This document shows, piece after piece, positions 48,430-57,053 of a DNA stretch of 64,000 nucleotides. The notes under the pieces were generated by a model. That model did not search any database. It saw only the letters and a program-made list of their open reading frames with translations, and was not told where the DNA came from. The translations under genes were made by a program, and so were the position numbers. How positions within the stretch are numbered: position 1 is the first letter of the stretch; each line of letters starts with the position of its first letter. The DNA is from Elusimicrobiota bacterium (GTDB lineage: Bacteria > Elusimicrobiota > Elusimicrobia > UBA1565 > UBA9628), in the NCBI GenBank assembly GCA_035533295.1, contig DATLUA010000014.1, positions 28,534 through 92,533 on the forward strand. The letters are read 5' to 3'.

Positions 48430-49763
48430 GCCGGCAATCGCCGATGCGAACGCGGATGGCCGCGCCGGCTAAAATCCGAGCGATTGTTCCCAGGCTGAGG
48501 GAAGATTCGTGCGCCGCGTTCGCCCACCGGCTAAAGAGATTTCTCCGCGCCCTGCCTCGCGGGACCGAGGAGATTTTTGCCGGCGAGGAACTTGGAGACG
48601 CCGGCGTTGCGCCGCTTAAAAACCTCCGAGACCTGGGCATCGTCGTCGTCGAGCACGCGCTGACCCAGCCGGTTCTGCGCCATCTCTCGCGCGAGTCGCC
48701 CTTTTTATCCTTGATCGTCGCGCGGCTTTGCCGCGATGACGGCGCGGATTCCTTTTCCGGGCACTGGATGCCAAACTGGTACGGCACTCCGCCGGTCTGG
48801 GCCGAGGAGCTCTGGGACTTTTCCCGGGATTTCGAGTCCGAGGAGAAATCCCGCCTTCTGCCGCGGCGGGTCTTTTTGGGGCAAAAAATCGAAAGCGGCT
48901 GGATCGCGGAGCGCCTGGGTGAAATCGAACGGATGCGGCCCGCTCGTCCGCGGCGCGGTTTGGCCAGCATCATCATTCCCTGCTGGAACGGCCTTGCCTA
49001 CACGCGCAAATGCCTGGCTTCCGTTCTCAAGCGCACCGACGGACCGCACGAAATCATCATCGTTGACAACGGCTCCAAGGACGGCACGGCAGGCTACGTC
49101 CAGTCCTTGAAGAACCCGAAAATCAGGCTTATCAAGAACCGGAGCAACCGCGGTTTTCCCGTGGCGGTGAATCAGGGGATGAGGGCGGCCAGGGGCGATT
49201 ACTTCGTTTGGTTGAACAGCGACGCGGTCGTGACTGACGGCTGGCTGGGGCGCCTGGTCTCGTGGGCCGAACGTTCGCCGCGGGTCGGCGCGGTCGGGCC
49301 CTGCTCCAATGATCCGGGGATATCGTTCCAGCTCCAGGACGGCGCGCCCCAAGGAAGCGACAAGGCCGCCGCGTTCGCGCGGGCGCTCGCCGAGATGAAT
49401 TCAGGCCGCAGTACTTGGGTGCCGCTGATTACCGGCTTTTGCTTTTTGGTCAAGAAAGAAGCCGTCGACCGCATCGGGCTTTTGGATGAGCGCTTCGGCC
49501 TGGGCATTTACGAGGATTATGACTACTGCCTAAGGCTGCGGCAGGCCGGCTACGGAATTTTGATGGCGCAGGACGTCTTTGTCCATCATTCCCGTCACAA
49601 GACCTTCGAGCATAACGGCGTCGACGATCCGTCCGCCGCAGCCGGAAACCGGGACTTGTTCATCCATAAGTGGTGCCGCTTGGCGATGGAGTTTTTGGAC
49701 AGCTGCGGCAACTCGCAGTTTTTTACGCTAAAAGCGCCCGATAAACTTCGCCGATCCCTTTAG
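48426..49763 (+). CDS. GT2 family glycosyltransferase with ~180-aa N-terminal extension
   Basis: SIIIPCWNGLAYT, VDNGSKDGT, LNSDAVV and YEDYDYCLRLRQAGYGIL. The TTG at 48426 forms a TTGA overlap with the upstream gene; the ATG at 48444 is an alternative start. Confidence 0.8.
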   Translation: MSRQSPMRTRMAAPAKIRAIVPRLREDSCAAFAHRLKRFLRALPRGTEEIFAGEELGDAGVAPLKNLRDLGIVVVEHALTQPVLRHLSRESPFLSLIVARLCRDDGADSFSGHWMPNWYGTPPVWAEELWDFSRDFESEEKSRLLPRRVFLGQKIESGWIAERLGEIERMRPARPRRGLASIIIPCWNGLAYTRKCLASVLKRTDGPHEIIIVDNGSKDGTAGYVQSLKNPKIRLIKNRSNRGFPVAVNQGMRAARGDYFVWLNSDAVVTDGWLGRLVSWAERSPRVGAVGPCSNDPGISFQLQDGAPQGSDKAAAFARALAEMNSGRSTWVPLITGFCFLVKKEAVDRIGLLDERFGLGIYEDYDYCLRLRQAGYGILMAQDVFVHHSRHKTFEHNGVDDPSAAAGNRDLFIHKWCRLAMEFLDSCGNSQFFTLKAPDKLRRSL

Positions 49764-50961
49764 CGCGGGCCGACCAGTCATGGTTTTGCTGGACGAAGTC
49801 TTGTCCCGCCGCGGAGAGGCGCCGCCAGAGCTCCTCGTCTTCCAGCAGCCGCAGGGTTTCCCGGGCGAATTTCCTGGGCGAGTCGGCGATGAGCAGGTGG
49901 CGGCCGGCCTCGGCGCCCACGGCTTCGTTGGCGCAGGCCGTGGAGACCACCGGCGTGCCCATGGCCAGGGCCTCGAGGATTTTTCCTTTGATGCCGTAGC
50001 CCAGCTTGAGCGGCGCCACCAGGACCATCGCGCGGGCTTCGTAGGGCTTGACGTCCGGGACGGTGCCGGTGACGACGATGCCGGCATCCTTCGCGGCCAA
50101 GTCTAGAATGTTTTTCGTCGGATAGGAGCCGACGACGTAAAACTTGGCTCGCGGCCGCGCCGCCTTAATTCTCGGCCAGGTTTGGGCGGCGAAGCGCAGC
50201 ACCGCCTCCTCGTTCGGGTAATGCGGGTAGTGACCGACGTAAACGAGGCTGTCGGGCTCGCGCTCCCGGCGCGGCGGCCCTCCCGAGAAATGCTCCAAAT
50301 CCACGCCGGTCGGAACGCTGAAGACGCGGTTAAGGGGAACCCAGCGGCCCATCCGCCGCCGGTCGGCTTCGCTTACGGTGATGACGGCCTCGAAGCGGCG
50401 GCACAGTTCCTTTGTCGCGCGCAGTCTCCTGCGCCAGTCGCCTAATCGGCGCCATTTATTCCAGCCGGACATCTCCCGAAAATAGGACGAGAAAAAGGAC
50501 AGCGCGGAAAGGTCGTGGTGCGTCAGGACGCAGGGAAGCCTTGGATTCTCCGATTTCGCGGCGCGGACATAGGGCGCCATCAAGTCGAACTCCGCGTGAA
50601 GCAGGTCGGGCTTTATTTCGCGGACGGCTTTTTTCACGGCTTCGTTCATGTCGGGGGCGTGGAATCCCGCGATTTCCCGGGGCAGATCCAGGCCATCATC
50701 CATCCGCGGAAAATAATTCGCCGGCGGCGCCGCGTGCCGGAGGCTCTGGAACAAGCCCTGGAAATAGAGCTTTTCTTGGCACAGGGCCGCGGCGGCGGTT
50801 TGCTTGGGGTCATCCCCGCCGGGGCGCAGGAAGGTCAGCAGGTGAAAATCGTATGAGTCCTTGAGCAGGCGGCAGGCGGTCCAAATGCGCCGGGAGCCGG
50901 CGTCGGTGGGAATCGGCGCCCAGGGAGTCAGCAGCAGGACTTTCGGTTTGCGCGCGCTCAT
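49723..50961 (-). CDS. GT4 (GT-B fold) glycosyltransferase
   Basis: C-terminal donor-binding block (KGKILEALAMGTPVVST...ADSPRKFA). The 478-aa ORF is trimmed to MSARKPKVLLLTPW at 50961. It overlaps the convergent GT2 at 48426-49763 by 41 nt. Confidence 0.75.
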   Translation of the reverse strand: MSARKPKVLLLTPWAPIPTDAGSRRIWTACRLLKDSYDFHLLTFLRPGGDDPKQTAAAALCQEKLYFQGLFQSLRHAAPPANYFPRMDDGLDLPREIAGFHAPDMNEAVKKAVREIKPDLLHAEFDLMAPYVRAAKSENPRLPCVLTHHDLSALSFFSSYFREMSGWNKWRRLGDWRRRLRATKELCRRFEAVITVSEADRRRMGRWVPLNRVFSVPTGVDLEHFSGGPPRREREPDSLVYVGHYPHYPNEEAVLRFAAQTWPRIKAARPRAKFYVVGSYPTKNILDLAAKDAGIVVTGTVPDVKPYEARAMVLVAPLKLGYGIKGKILEALAMGTPVVSTACANEAVGAEAGRHLLIADSPRKFARETLRLLEDEELWRRLSAAGQDFVQQNHDWSARAKGIGEVYRALLA

Positions 50962-50972
50962 GTCGAATCGAG

Positions 50973-52001
50973 TTATTTTATAAAAGATTTGGGCAAAGGC
51001 CTTCCGGCGAGAAATCCGGTTCCGTAGGCGAGATGGCACAGCGGCACCAGCGCGAAAAACAGGAGTCCGGCGGCCGGGTTTTTGCTCTTCCAGGCGCCGC
51101 GAGCGGCCGCTCCGGCGGCGGCCAGGGCGTAGAGCGCGGGCGCTATCCAAAAGGGCCAAGCGGGCCGCGCGGCGGCCAGAAAAACGGCGTAAAGGACGAG
51201 GACGGCGGGGAAGAAGAACACGGCTTGGGCCGCGCGCGGGAGCTTGCGCGTGATTTGCCGCCGGCCCACGCCCGATTCGTAGACCTGAGACAGGAATTTC
51301 CCCAGTTCGGCTCGCCGGCGATGATAAACGGCCAGGACCGGGGCGTAGAGCGCGCGGCGTCCCAAGGCGCGAAGATTTAAAACGAAAAGATTTTCCTCCG
51401 CGGAGGCCAGATGAGGATCAAAGCGCAGCCCCAATTCCCGAAAAGCCGCCGCCCGCGCGCAAAGATTGCACAGGGCGAAGGATTTTTCATCGGCCCGGAG
51501 CATCCGAGGCCCGGGGGCGTAGCGCCGGCGCATGGGTCCCGCGCCAATCCAGGATTCCAGCACTAGGCCCGAGGCGCGCTCGAAAAGGCCGCTGCCGGGC
51601 GGCGTCAAGTTTGGCCCGCCCAAAACCCACGCGTCGCCGTGCTTAGCGATAAGGCTGGCCGCCTCCGCGAAGAGCCCCGGCGGGGCCTCGACGTCGTCAT
51701 CGAGGAAGTAAATCCATTCTCCCCGCGTCCGCGCCAGGGCGGCGTTGCGCGCGGCCCCGCGCGATTGCCGCTCCAGCAGGATGATTTCCAGGCATGGGAT
51801 AAGAGCCGAGAACGAGCGCGCCATGTCGACGTCTTCCATATCCTCCCCGTTGACGGCGACGACGATTTCCCGGACCAAGCGCAGATCCGCCGCCTGCAGG
51901 CTCCTGAGGCAGGAACGCAGGAGCTCCGGGCGCCGGTGGGTGAGGACCAGCACGGAGAAAAGAGCTTCGCGGCTCGATGCGCCTGCCGGAGCGGGCGTCA
52001 T
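50973..52001 (-). CDS. GT2 family glycosyltransferase, C-terminal TM helices
   Basis: FSVLVLTHRR, a DDD motif (IYFLDDDVE) and C-terminal hydrophobic helices. The ORF is trimmed from 52100 to M34 (52001), giving an ATGA overlap with the upstream gene. Confidence 0.7.
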   Translation of the reverse strand: MTPAPAGASSREALFSVLVLTHRRPELLRSCLRSLQAADLRLVREIVVAVNGEDMEDVDMARSFSALIPCLEIILLERQSRGAARNAALARTRGEWIYFLDDDVEAPPGLFAEAASLIAKHGDAWVLGGPNLTPPGSGLFERASGLVLESWIGAGPMRRRYAPGPRMLRADEKSFALCNLCARAAAFRELGLRFDPHLASAEENLFVLNLRALGRRALYAPVLAVYHRRRAELGKFLSQVYESGVGRRQITRKLPRAAQAVFFFPAVLVLYAVFLAAARPAWPFWIAPALYALAAAGAAARGAWKSKNPAAGLLFFALVPLCHLAYGTGFLAGRPLPKSFIK

Positions 52002-54616
52002 GGCCCGGCCGGCGCGGCCTTGGGCAGCGCGTTCAACTGCCGCATGAGAGCATCGGCGTCCGCGTTTTTGCCCGATTCCCGATAGGCTTGGGCCAGCCAT
52101 TCGTAGGCGGCGCGATAGTCCGGAAAATCGGCGATGGCCCGCTTCCAGGCTTGTTCGGCTTTAGAGAGGCGGCCCTGGCGGCAGTAGCAGATGCCCATAT
52201 TGGTCCATGTTGGCGCCAGATCCTCGCCCCGGTCGGACGGAAGGGAATTGGCGATGGCCGCGCGGTAGTCCTTGATGGCTGCGGGAAAGTCCCCTTCCTG
52301 CAGGTAAACGTTGCCCATGTTGTTTAAGAGGCTGGGGTGCCCGGGAAAAAGGTCCAGGGCCAGCAGTAGGTATTTCTTGGCTTGGCCCAGGTCGCCGCGC
52401 ATTTCGTACAAGCCGCCCAAGTTGTTGAGCGCCTCGATTTTACGCGGATCGAGAGTCAGGGTTTTTTTATACAACGCGATGGCCTTGTCGGCATGGCCCG
52501 ATTGCTGTTCGATGACGGCCAGGTTGTAGGCCGCGTCCGAATAGCCGTTGTCCAAAGCCAAGGCTTTTTCCAAGGATTGCTCGGCATCGGCGGTCAGGCC
52601 GCAATGCTCCTGCGCCATGCCCAGGTTGTAGCGTGATGCGGCGTCGTTGGGACTGCGGGCGATGGCGCGGCGAAGCCACTCGAGGGCTTGGGGGCATTCC
52701 GCGGCGTGATCGTACTCGACTCCTAGGTTCATCATGGCTCGCGCGTCTTTCGGCGCGGCGGCCAAAAAAGACGCCCAAGTCTGGATCGCTTCCCGAATCT
52801 CGCCGCGTTTGTCCAAAAGGAACGCGAACGCGAACCGCGCTTCGAAGCTGCGCGGATTTTTTCGCACGGCCTCCTGCAGCTGATAGGCGGCCAAGTCCGG
52901 CCGCCCTGTTTTTTCTAAAAGCTCCGCAAGGTTGATTTGGGCCGGAGTGTCGTTCGGATTTTCCAGCAGCGCTTTGTGATAGGCCGCCATCGCGCCGATG
53001 AATTTGCCTTGGCGCGCCAGCGCGGCGCCGAGGCTGTCGTAGGGAATGGAATTGCCGGGATTAAGGCCGGCTGCCTTGGAATAAAGATTGAGCGCTCCCC
53101 GGGAACGGCCTTTTATTTCCTGCAGGCCGGCCAAGTTGTTAATAGCCTCCACGTAGCGGGGATTGAGCAAGATCGCGGTCTTGTAGTCTTGTTCCGCGCC
53201 GGCCCAATCGCCCTGGGCTTGCCGCATAAAACCCAGATTGTAATAGACCCTGGCGTTTTTTGTTTCCAGGGCGGCCTCCCGGCCGAAAAGCACGGCGTCG
53301 CTCTTCCAGTCGCGGTTGCGGGCCCGCGTCATCGCGGAAAATAAAAGGAGGACAGCGCCTATGCCAAAGGCTGCGACAAACCTGCGCAGCGGGCGCCCTT
53401 GTTTTGATATCCGGGCAAGTCCGAGCGAAGCAGCCCAGCCCATAATCCAGCAGGCGCCGATGGCGGCGGGATAGAGATAGCGTTCCGCCATGGGATTATA
53501 GAGCTTGACGATATTCGAGGCCGGCAGCAGGACGATGGCCGACCAACCCAGTGCCCAGCATGGGGGCCTTGCGCCCGCGGCATAGGCGCGATAACCGGCC
53601 GCGAAAAGAAAAACGAAGAGCGCCAAAGCCGCCCAGAGGCGCCAGTCCTTCCAGGAAGAAATCAGCGGCGGAGCCCGATCCGCGTGCAGTGGATAAGGAA
53701 TCGCCATCAGTTCGAAATAATTGGAGAAAACCACGCACATGGTCCTAAAATTGAGGGCGGGCGAATGATAAAGGGCGTCCCATTGAGGCGTGGAGGGGTT
53801 AAGCACTTCTTCCCGCGGGCTCGCGGCCGAAATTTGGGGGGGCGGATCGTCTTTCGCCGCTAGAACCGCCGGCGCGGCCGAAGAAGCGATGCTCTTGTAG
53901 CCCGATCTGTCGGACCTGAAATGCCAGTAGTACAGGGCCAGATAGCCGAAAACAAGCATGGCCGCGATCCGCCGCAGGCGATTCTCGCGCCAGGGCTTTT
54001 TCAGGAAGCAGAAATCAAACCACAAGGCCGCGGCCGGAAGAACCAGGGCGGTTTCCTTAGAGAATGCTCCGAAGGCGTAGGCCATCCCCGCCGCGGCCAG
54101 GGCCACGCCCGCGCTGCCCGTATCCGACGCCTTCTCCATTTTCCAGTAGGCCAGGAGAGCTAGAAGCATGAAAAAGGTGGCCAGGATATCCGGGCGGAAA
54201 CTAGGCATGTTCACGGCTTCCGTGTTAATCGGATGGACCCCGAAAGCCAGACCTGCGAGCAGGGCCGCGTCGGGCTCAAGGAAAATCAGGCCCGCCCGCC
54301 AGACCAGGACGGCGTTGAGCCCGTGGAGAACGATGTTGGTGAGATGATATCCGAAGGGAGCGTTTCCCCATAGCCGGTGGTCAAAAACGAGCGAGGCGAG
54401 GAAGACGGGGCGCGCCGCGCTGAGAATCGGGACGACGGGCGCGAGGTCAATTTGTTCCACGAGCGTTTTTAAGGCCGAGGGATTGGCCAGAAAAGCGTTG
54501 TTCTCAATGAGGATGTGATCGTCCCAGCAAAAGCCGTTTTTGAGCGAATTGGAGTAGGCGAAAAACGCCGCGGCGAAAATCACCGCGCCCAGGCAGAGGT
54601 TTTTTATTTTTGACAC
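51998..54616 (-). CDS. TMTC-like TPR-repeat membrane protein (putative GT-C fold)
   Basis: The N-terminal ~450 aa are polytopic, with a TMTC/DUF1736-like signature (FAYSNSLKNGFCWDDHILIENN). The C-terminal ~450 aa are canonical TPR repeats. The start is trimmed to the GTG at about 54616, because the upstream part of the ORF overlaps mutM in another frame. Confidence 0.7.
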   Translation of the reverse strand: MSKIKNLCLGAVIFAAAFFAYSNSLKNGFCWDDHILIENNAFLANPSALKTLVEQIDLAPVVPILSAARPVFLASLVFDHRLWGNAPFGYHLTNIVLHGLNAVLVWRAGLIFLEPDAALLAGLAFGVHPINTEAVNMPSFRPDILATFFMLLALLAYWKMEKASDTGSAGVALAAAGMAYAFGAFSKETALVLPAAALWFDFCFLKKPWRENRLRRIAAMLVFGYLALYYWHFRSDRSGYKSIASSAAPAVLAAKDDPPPQISAASPREEVLNPSTPQWDALYHSPALNFRTMCVVFSNYFELMAIPYPLHADRAPPLISSWKDWRLWAALALFVFLFAAGYRAYAAGARPPCWALGWSAIVLLPASNIVKLYNPMAERYLYPAAIGACWIMGWAASLGLARISKQGRPLRRFVAAFGIGAVLLLFSAMTRARNRDWKSDAVLFGREAALETKNARVYYNLGFMRQAQGDWAGAEQDYKTAILLNPRYVEAINNLAGLQEIKGRSRGALNLYSKAAGLNPGNSIPYDSLGAALARQGKFIGAMAAYHKALLENPNDTPAQINLAELLEKTGRPDLAAYQLQEAVRKNPRSFEARFAFAFLLDKRGEIREAIQTWASFLAAAPKDARAMMNLGVEYDHAAECPQALEWLRRAIARSPNDAASRYNLGMAQEHCGLTADAEQSLEKALALDNGYSDAAYNLAVIEQQSGHADKAIALYKKTLTLDPRKIEALNNLGGLYEMRGDLGQAKKYLLLALDLFPGHPSLLNNMGNVYLQEGDFPAAIKDYRAAIANSLPSDRGEDLAPTWTNMGICYCRQGRLSKAEQAWKRAIADFPDYRAAYEWLAQAYRESGKNADADALMRQLNALPKAAPAGP

Positions 54617-55386
54617 AATGGGCAATACCGGCTGGTGCGTCCGGCCAGGGGTTTGGGGGTCGCTTTCAAGGCGTGGCCGCAGGCGCGGCCGGCCTTGCGG
54701 CCGTAGACGTTGACGAACTTCTGGAAGCCGCCGGGAGCGCCCGCCGGATCGAGGAAGCTCTCGTCCCCCAAAGTGCTGCCTCCGGACTCGATGGCCAAGG
54801 ACAGCACGCGGACAATCGCGGCGTGAAGCGCGCCGCACTCGGCGCGGGAAACCCGGTGGCCGGGCCGGCCGGGCCTGATCTTGGCGAGATAGAGCGCCTC
54901 CGTCGCGTAGATGTTGCCGATGCCTGCGACCACGCGCTGGTCCATGAGCAAGACTTTCACGCCGGCGCGGCTTTTCTTAAGCGCGCGGAAAAGATGCTCC
55001 GGCGTGAACTCGGGGCTTAAAGGCTCCGGGCCCAAGGGCGGCAAGGCGCAGCCCACGCGGCCAAAGCGCCGCGGATCGTGGAAGGCGACGCTCACGTCCC
55101 CGGCGCGAAGCACGAAGCGGGTGTGCGGACCGTCCTCCCCGAAGCTCAGCCGGCCGGACATGCCCAGGTGCAGGATGAGATTTTTTCCGTTGGACAGATC
55201 GAGAATGAGGTATTTCCCGCGCCGGCGCACGGCGGTAATCTCGGCGCCTTCGGCAGCGCGCAAAACTCCGGGCAAGGCCTTGCGGTTAAACCCCGGCGGG
55301 CGGATTTCGCAGGAGGAGATCGTCAGCCCTCGCAGGCGCGGCTCAAGCGCGCGGCGCACGGTCTCGACTTCGGGCAGTTCCGGCAA
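54604..55386 (-). CDS. mutM: formamidopyrimidine-DNA glycosylase
   Basis: N-terminal MPELPEVETVRR (catalytic Pro2/Glu3), H2TH region and a C-terminal zinc finger ending CPLCQK. Confidence 0.9.
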   Translation of the reverse strand: MPELPEVETVRRALEPRLRGLTISSCEIRPPGFNRKALPGVLRAAEGAEITAVRRRGKYLILDLSNGKNLILHLGMSGRLSFGEDGPHTRFVLRAGDVSVAFHDPRRFGRVGCALPPLGPEPLSPEFTPEHLFRALKKSRAGVKVLLMDQRVVAGIGNIYATEALYLAKIRPGRPGHRVSRAECGALHAAIVRVLSLAIESGGSTLGDESFLDPAGAPGGFQKFVNVYGRKAGRACGHALKATPKPLAGRTSRYCPLCQK

Positions 55387-55392
55387 GGCGGC

Positions 55393-55740
55393 CTATAAGC
55401 TTCGGTTGGAGTCGCCGGGTCCCAAGGTCAGGGTCGGATCGACCCGCTGGGCCCAGGCCAGGATGCCGCCCGCGACGTTGACCGCCCGATAATTTTTGCC
55501 GCGGAGAAATTCGACCGCATGCGCGGAGCGCCCGCCGCTTCGGCAATGGACGACCACCTCGACCGAGGCGTCAATCTCGGCGACTCTCTGCGGCAGTTCT
55601 CCCAGGGGGATAAGAACGGAGCCGGGAATGCGCGCCTCCTGGTGCTCTTCCACTTCGCGCACGTCGAGGAGGGTGAAAGCGTCCTTCCTCTCGATTTTGG
55701 CCTTTAGTTCTTCAACGCTGATTTCCGGGATTTTAGGCAT
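55393..55740 (-). CDS. rhodanese-domain protein
   Basis: 115 aa with an active-site Cys loop (VVVHCRSGGRS) and the rhodanese fold pattern. Confidence 0.8.
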   Translation of the reverse strand: MPKIPEISVEELKAKIERKDAFTLLDVREVEEHQEARIPGSVLIPLGELPQRVAEIDASVEVVVHCRSGGRSAHAVEFLRGKNYRAVNVAGGILAWAQRVDPTLTLGPGDSNRSL

Positions 55741-55798
55741 GGCTCACCTCTCTTTGAAGATGAAGCCATTATACCGCTTCTTCGGCGGAGCCGCGCGC

Positions 55799-56932
55799 TT
55801 AATGCTGACGGCCCAGCGAGGCCTCGAACTGCTTGGCGCGCGCCAGGAGCTGCTCGAAGGCCGTGGTGAAGGAATCGGCCATTGAGGACTGAGCCACGGC
55901 CGCGGGAATCTCCAGCCGCAGCATGATCTCGTGGTTGCGGGGCATGCCGCCCAAGGCCGCGTTGGACGCGTTGGCCGAGCCGGCGTAGACGACGCGCGCG
56001 CCGTCCGCGCGGCGGATGATCCAAAGCTTGACGTGCATGAGCCCCTGCCGGTCGGGGGCCTTGACTCCCGAGCCCGGGTCCGAGCGCAGGCCGCTCAAAA
56101 GGTGCGCGTCGTCGGCCATGCTCTTAACCTGCGGCCAGAGGGAATTCTCGTTGTGCATCGCCTGGTCGTAGCCCGCGACCACGCGCAGTCGCGAGCCGGG
56201 CCTGGCTTTTAGCTGCTGCAGGACATCGGAAATCCGTTTCTCGCCGACCCGGAAATTCGTGAAGTCGAAGACCGCCGCGTCCACCTGCCGGGTGTCGGGG
56301 TGCTCGATGTCCTTGAATAGGCTCGGGCCGATGGCGTCCTTGGACCATGTGGTGAGCAAAGACCACTTGACGCGCGGGTCGAAGGTGCCGCTGGGAATGC
56401 CGTCAAAGGCCGTGCCAGCCTGCGCAGCGGCGCTCTCGGAGTCGGTCTGTCCGTTTGCGACGGAGTTGGCGTCTTGCCGCGCGTCTTGGAAAAGCTCTTG
56501 CAGTGGGTTCAGTGCCGGGCGCGGAATATCGCGCCCGGTGCTGGCGGGAAGGAACCGTTCTTTGGAAGCGTTTTCCGCTTCCGCCGGCGCCGCAAACGAC
56601 GCTTTGGCGGCGGGCGTCCGGATTTTTTTGATTGTGGACGCAGTCGCGGTCAGGGCATGGGCAAAGCCGACTTTCGTGAGCCTGTGGATGGAATGCCACG
56701 ACGCGTCCGTCGCGGCCAAGGCGGTTTTCGCAAGGGGGGCGCCTCCGAGGTCGGCCGGGCCGATGGCTTCTCCGCCCAGCTGCAGGTTCATTGCGGAAAA
56801 ATCGGGGACGGCGGCGATGGAGGCAGGCGTTTGGATGGAAGCGGCGTCAGGAGCTTCTTCAAAGCCCGCCCAAGCGGCGGGACCCTGCAGGAATAGAGCG
56901 GCGGCTGCGGCCAGATAATATCGTCGGTTCAT
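55799..56932 (-). CDS. secreted phospholipase D-like (HKD) domain protein
   Basis: Signal peptide followed by a single HKD motif (LMHVKLWIIRRADGARVVYAGSANAS). Confidence 0.65.
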   Translation of the reverse strand: MNRRYYLAAAAALFLQGPAAWAGFEEAPDAASIQTPASIAAVPDFSAMNLQLGGEAIGPADLGGAPLAKTALAATDASWHSIHRLTKVGFAHALTATASTIKKIRTPAAKASFAAPAEAENASKERFLPASTGRDIPRPALNPLQELFQDARQDANSVANGQTDSESAAAQAGTAFDGIPSGTFDPRVKWSLLTTWSKDAIGPSLFKDIEHPDTRQVDAAVFDFTNFRVGEKRISDVLQQLKARPGSRLRVVAGYDQAMHNENSLWPQVKSMADDAHLLSGLRSDPGSGVKAPDRQGLMHVKLWIIRRADGARVVYAGSANASNAALGGMPRNHEIMLRLEIPAAVAQSSMADSFTTAFEQLLARAKQFEASLGRQH

Positions 56933-57053
56933 GGCTAGACATTACCTAATGAACGCGGCGCTCGCTTGGGCTAAAAGTCCCAGGAAAGTCCGGTCATTGG
57001 GCCCAGATTTTCCCGCGCCCGGCGCCCGGCTCCGCGTTTTGTAGAATACCAGC

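Noticed and set aside
12116-54616. Search for a RiPP precursor peptide (short ORF with leader/core, Cys/Ser/Thr-rich) in island intergenic gaps and among small ORFs
   Set aside because: All gaps are 77 nt or shorter except the AT-rich divergent region at 46427-46491. Every small ORF in the track within the island overlaps a confident larger gene in another frame. No candidate was found. The only Cys-rich short segments are the N-termini of paralogs D and E.
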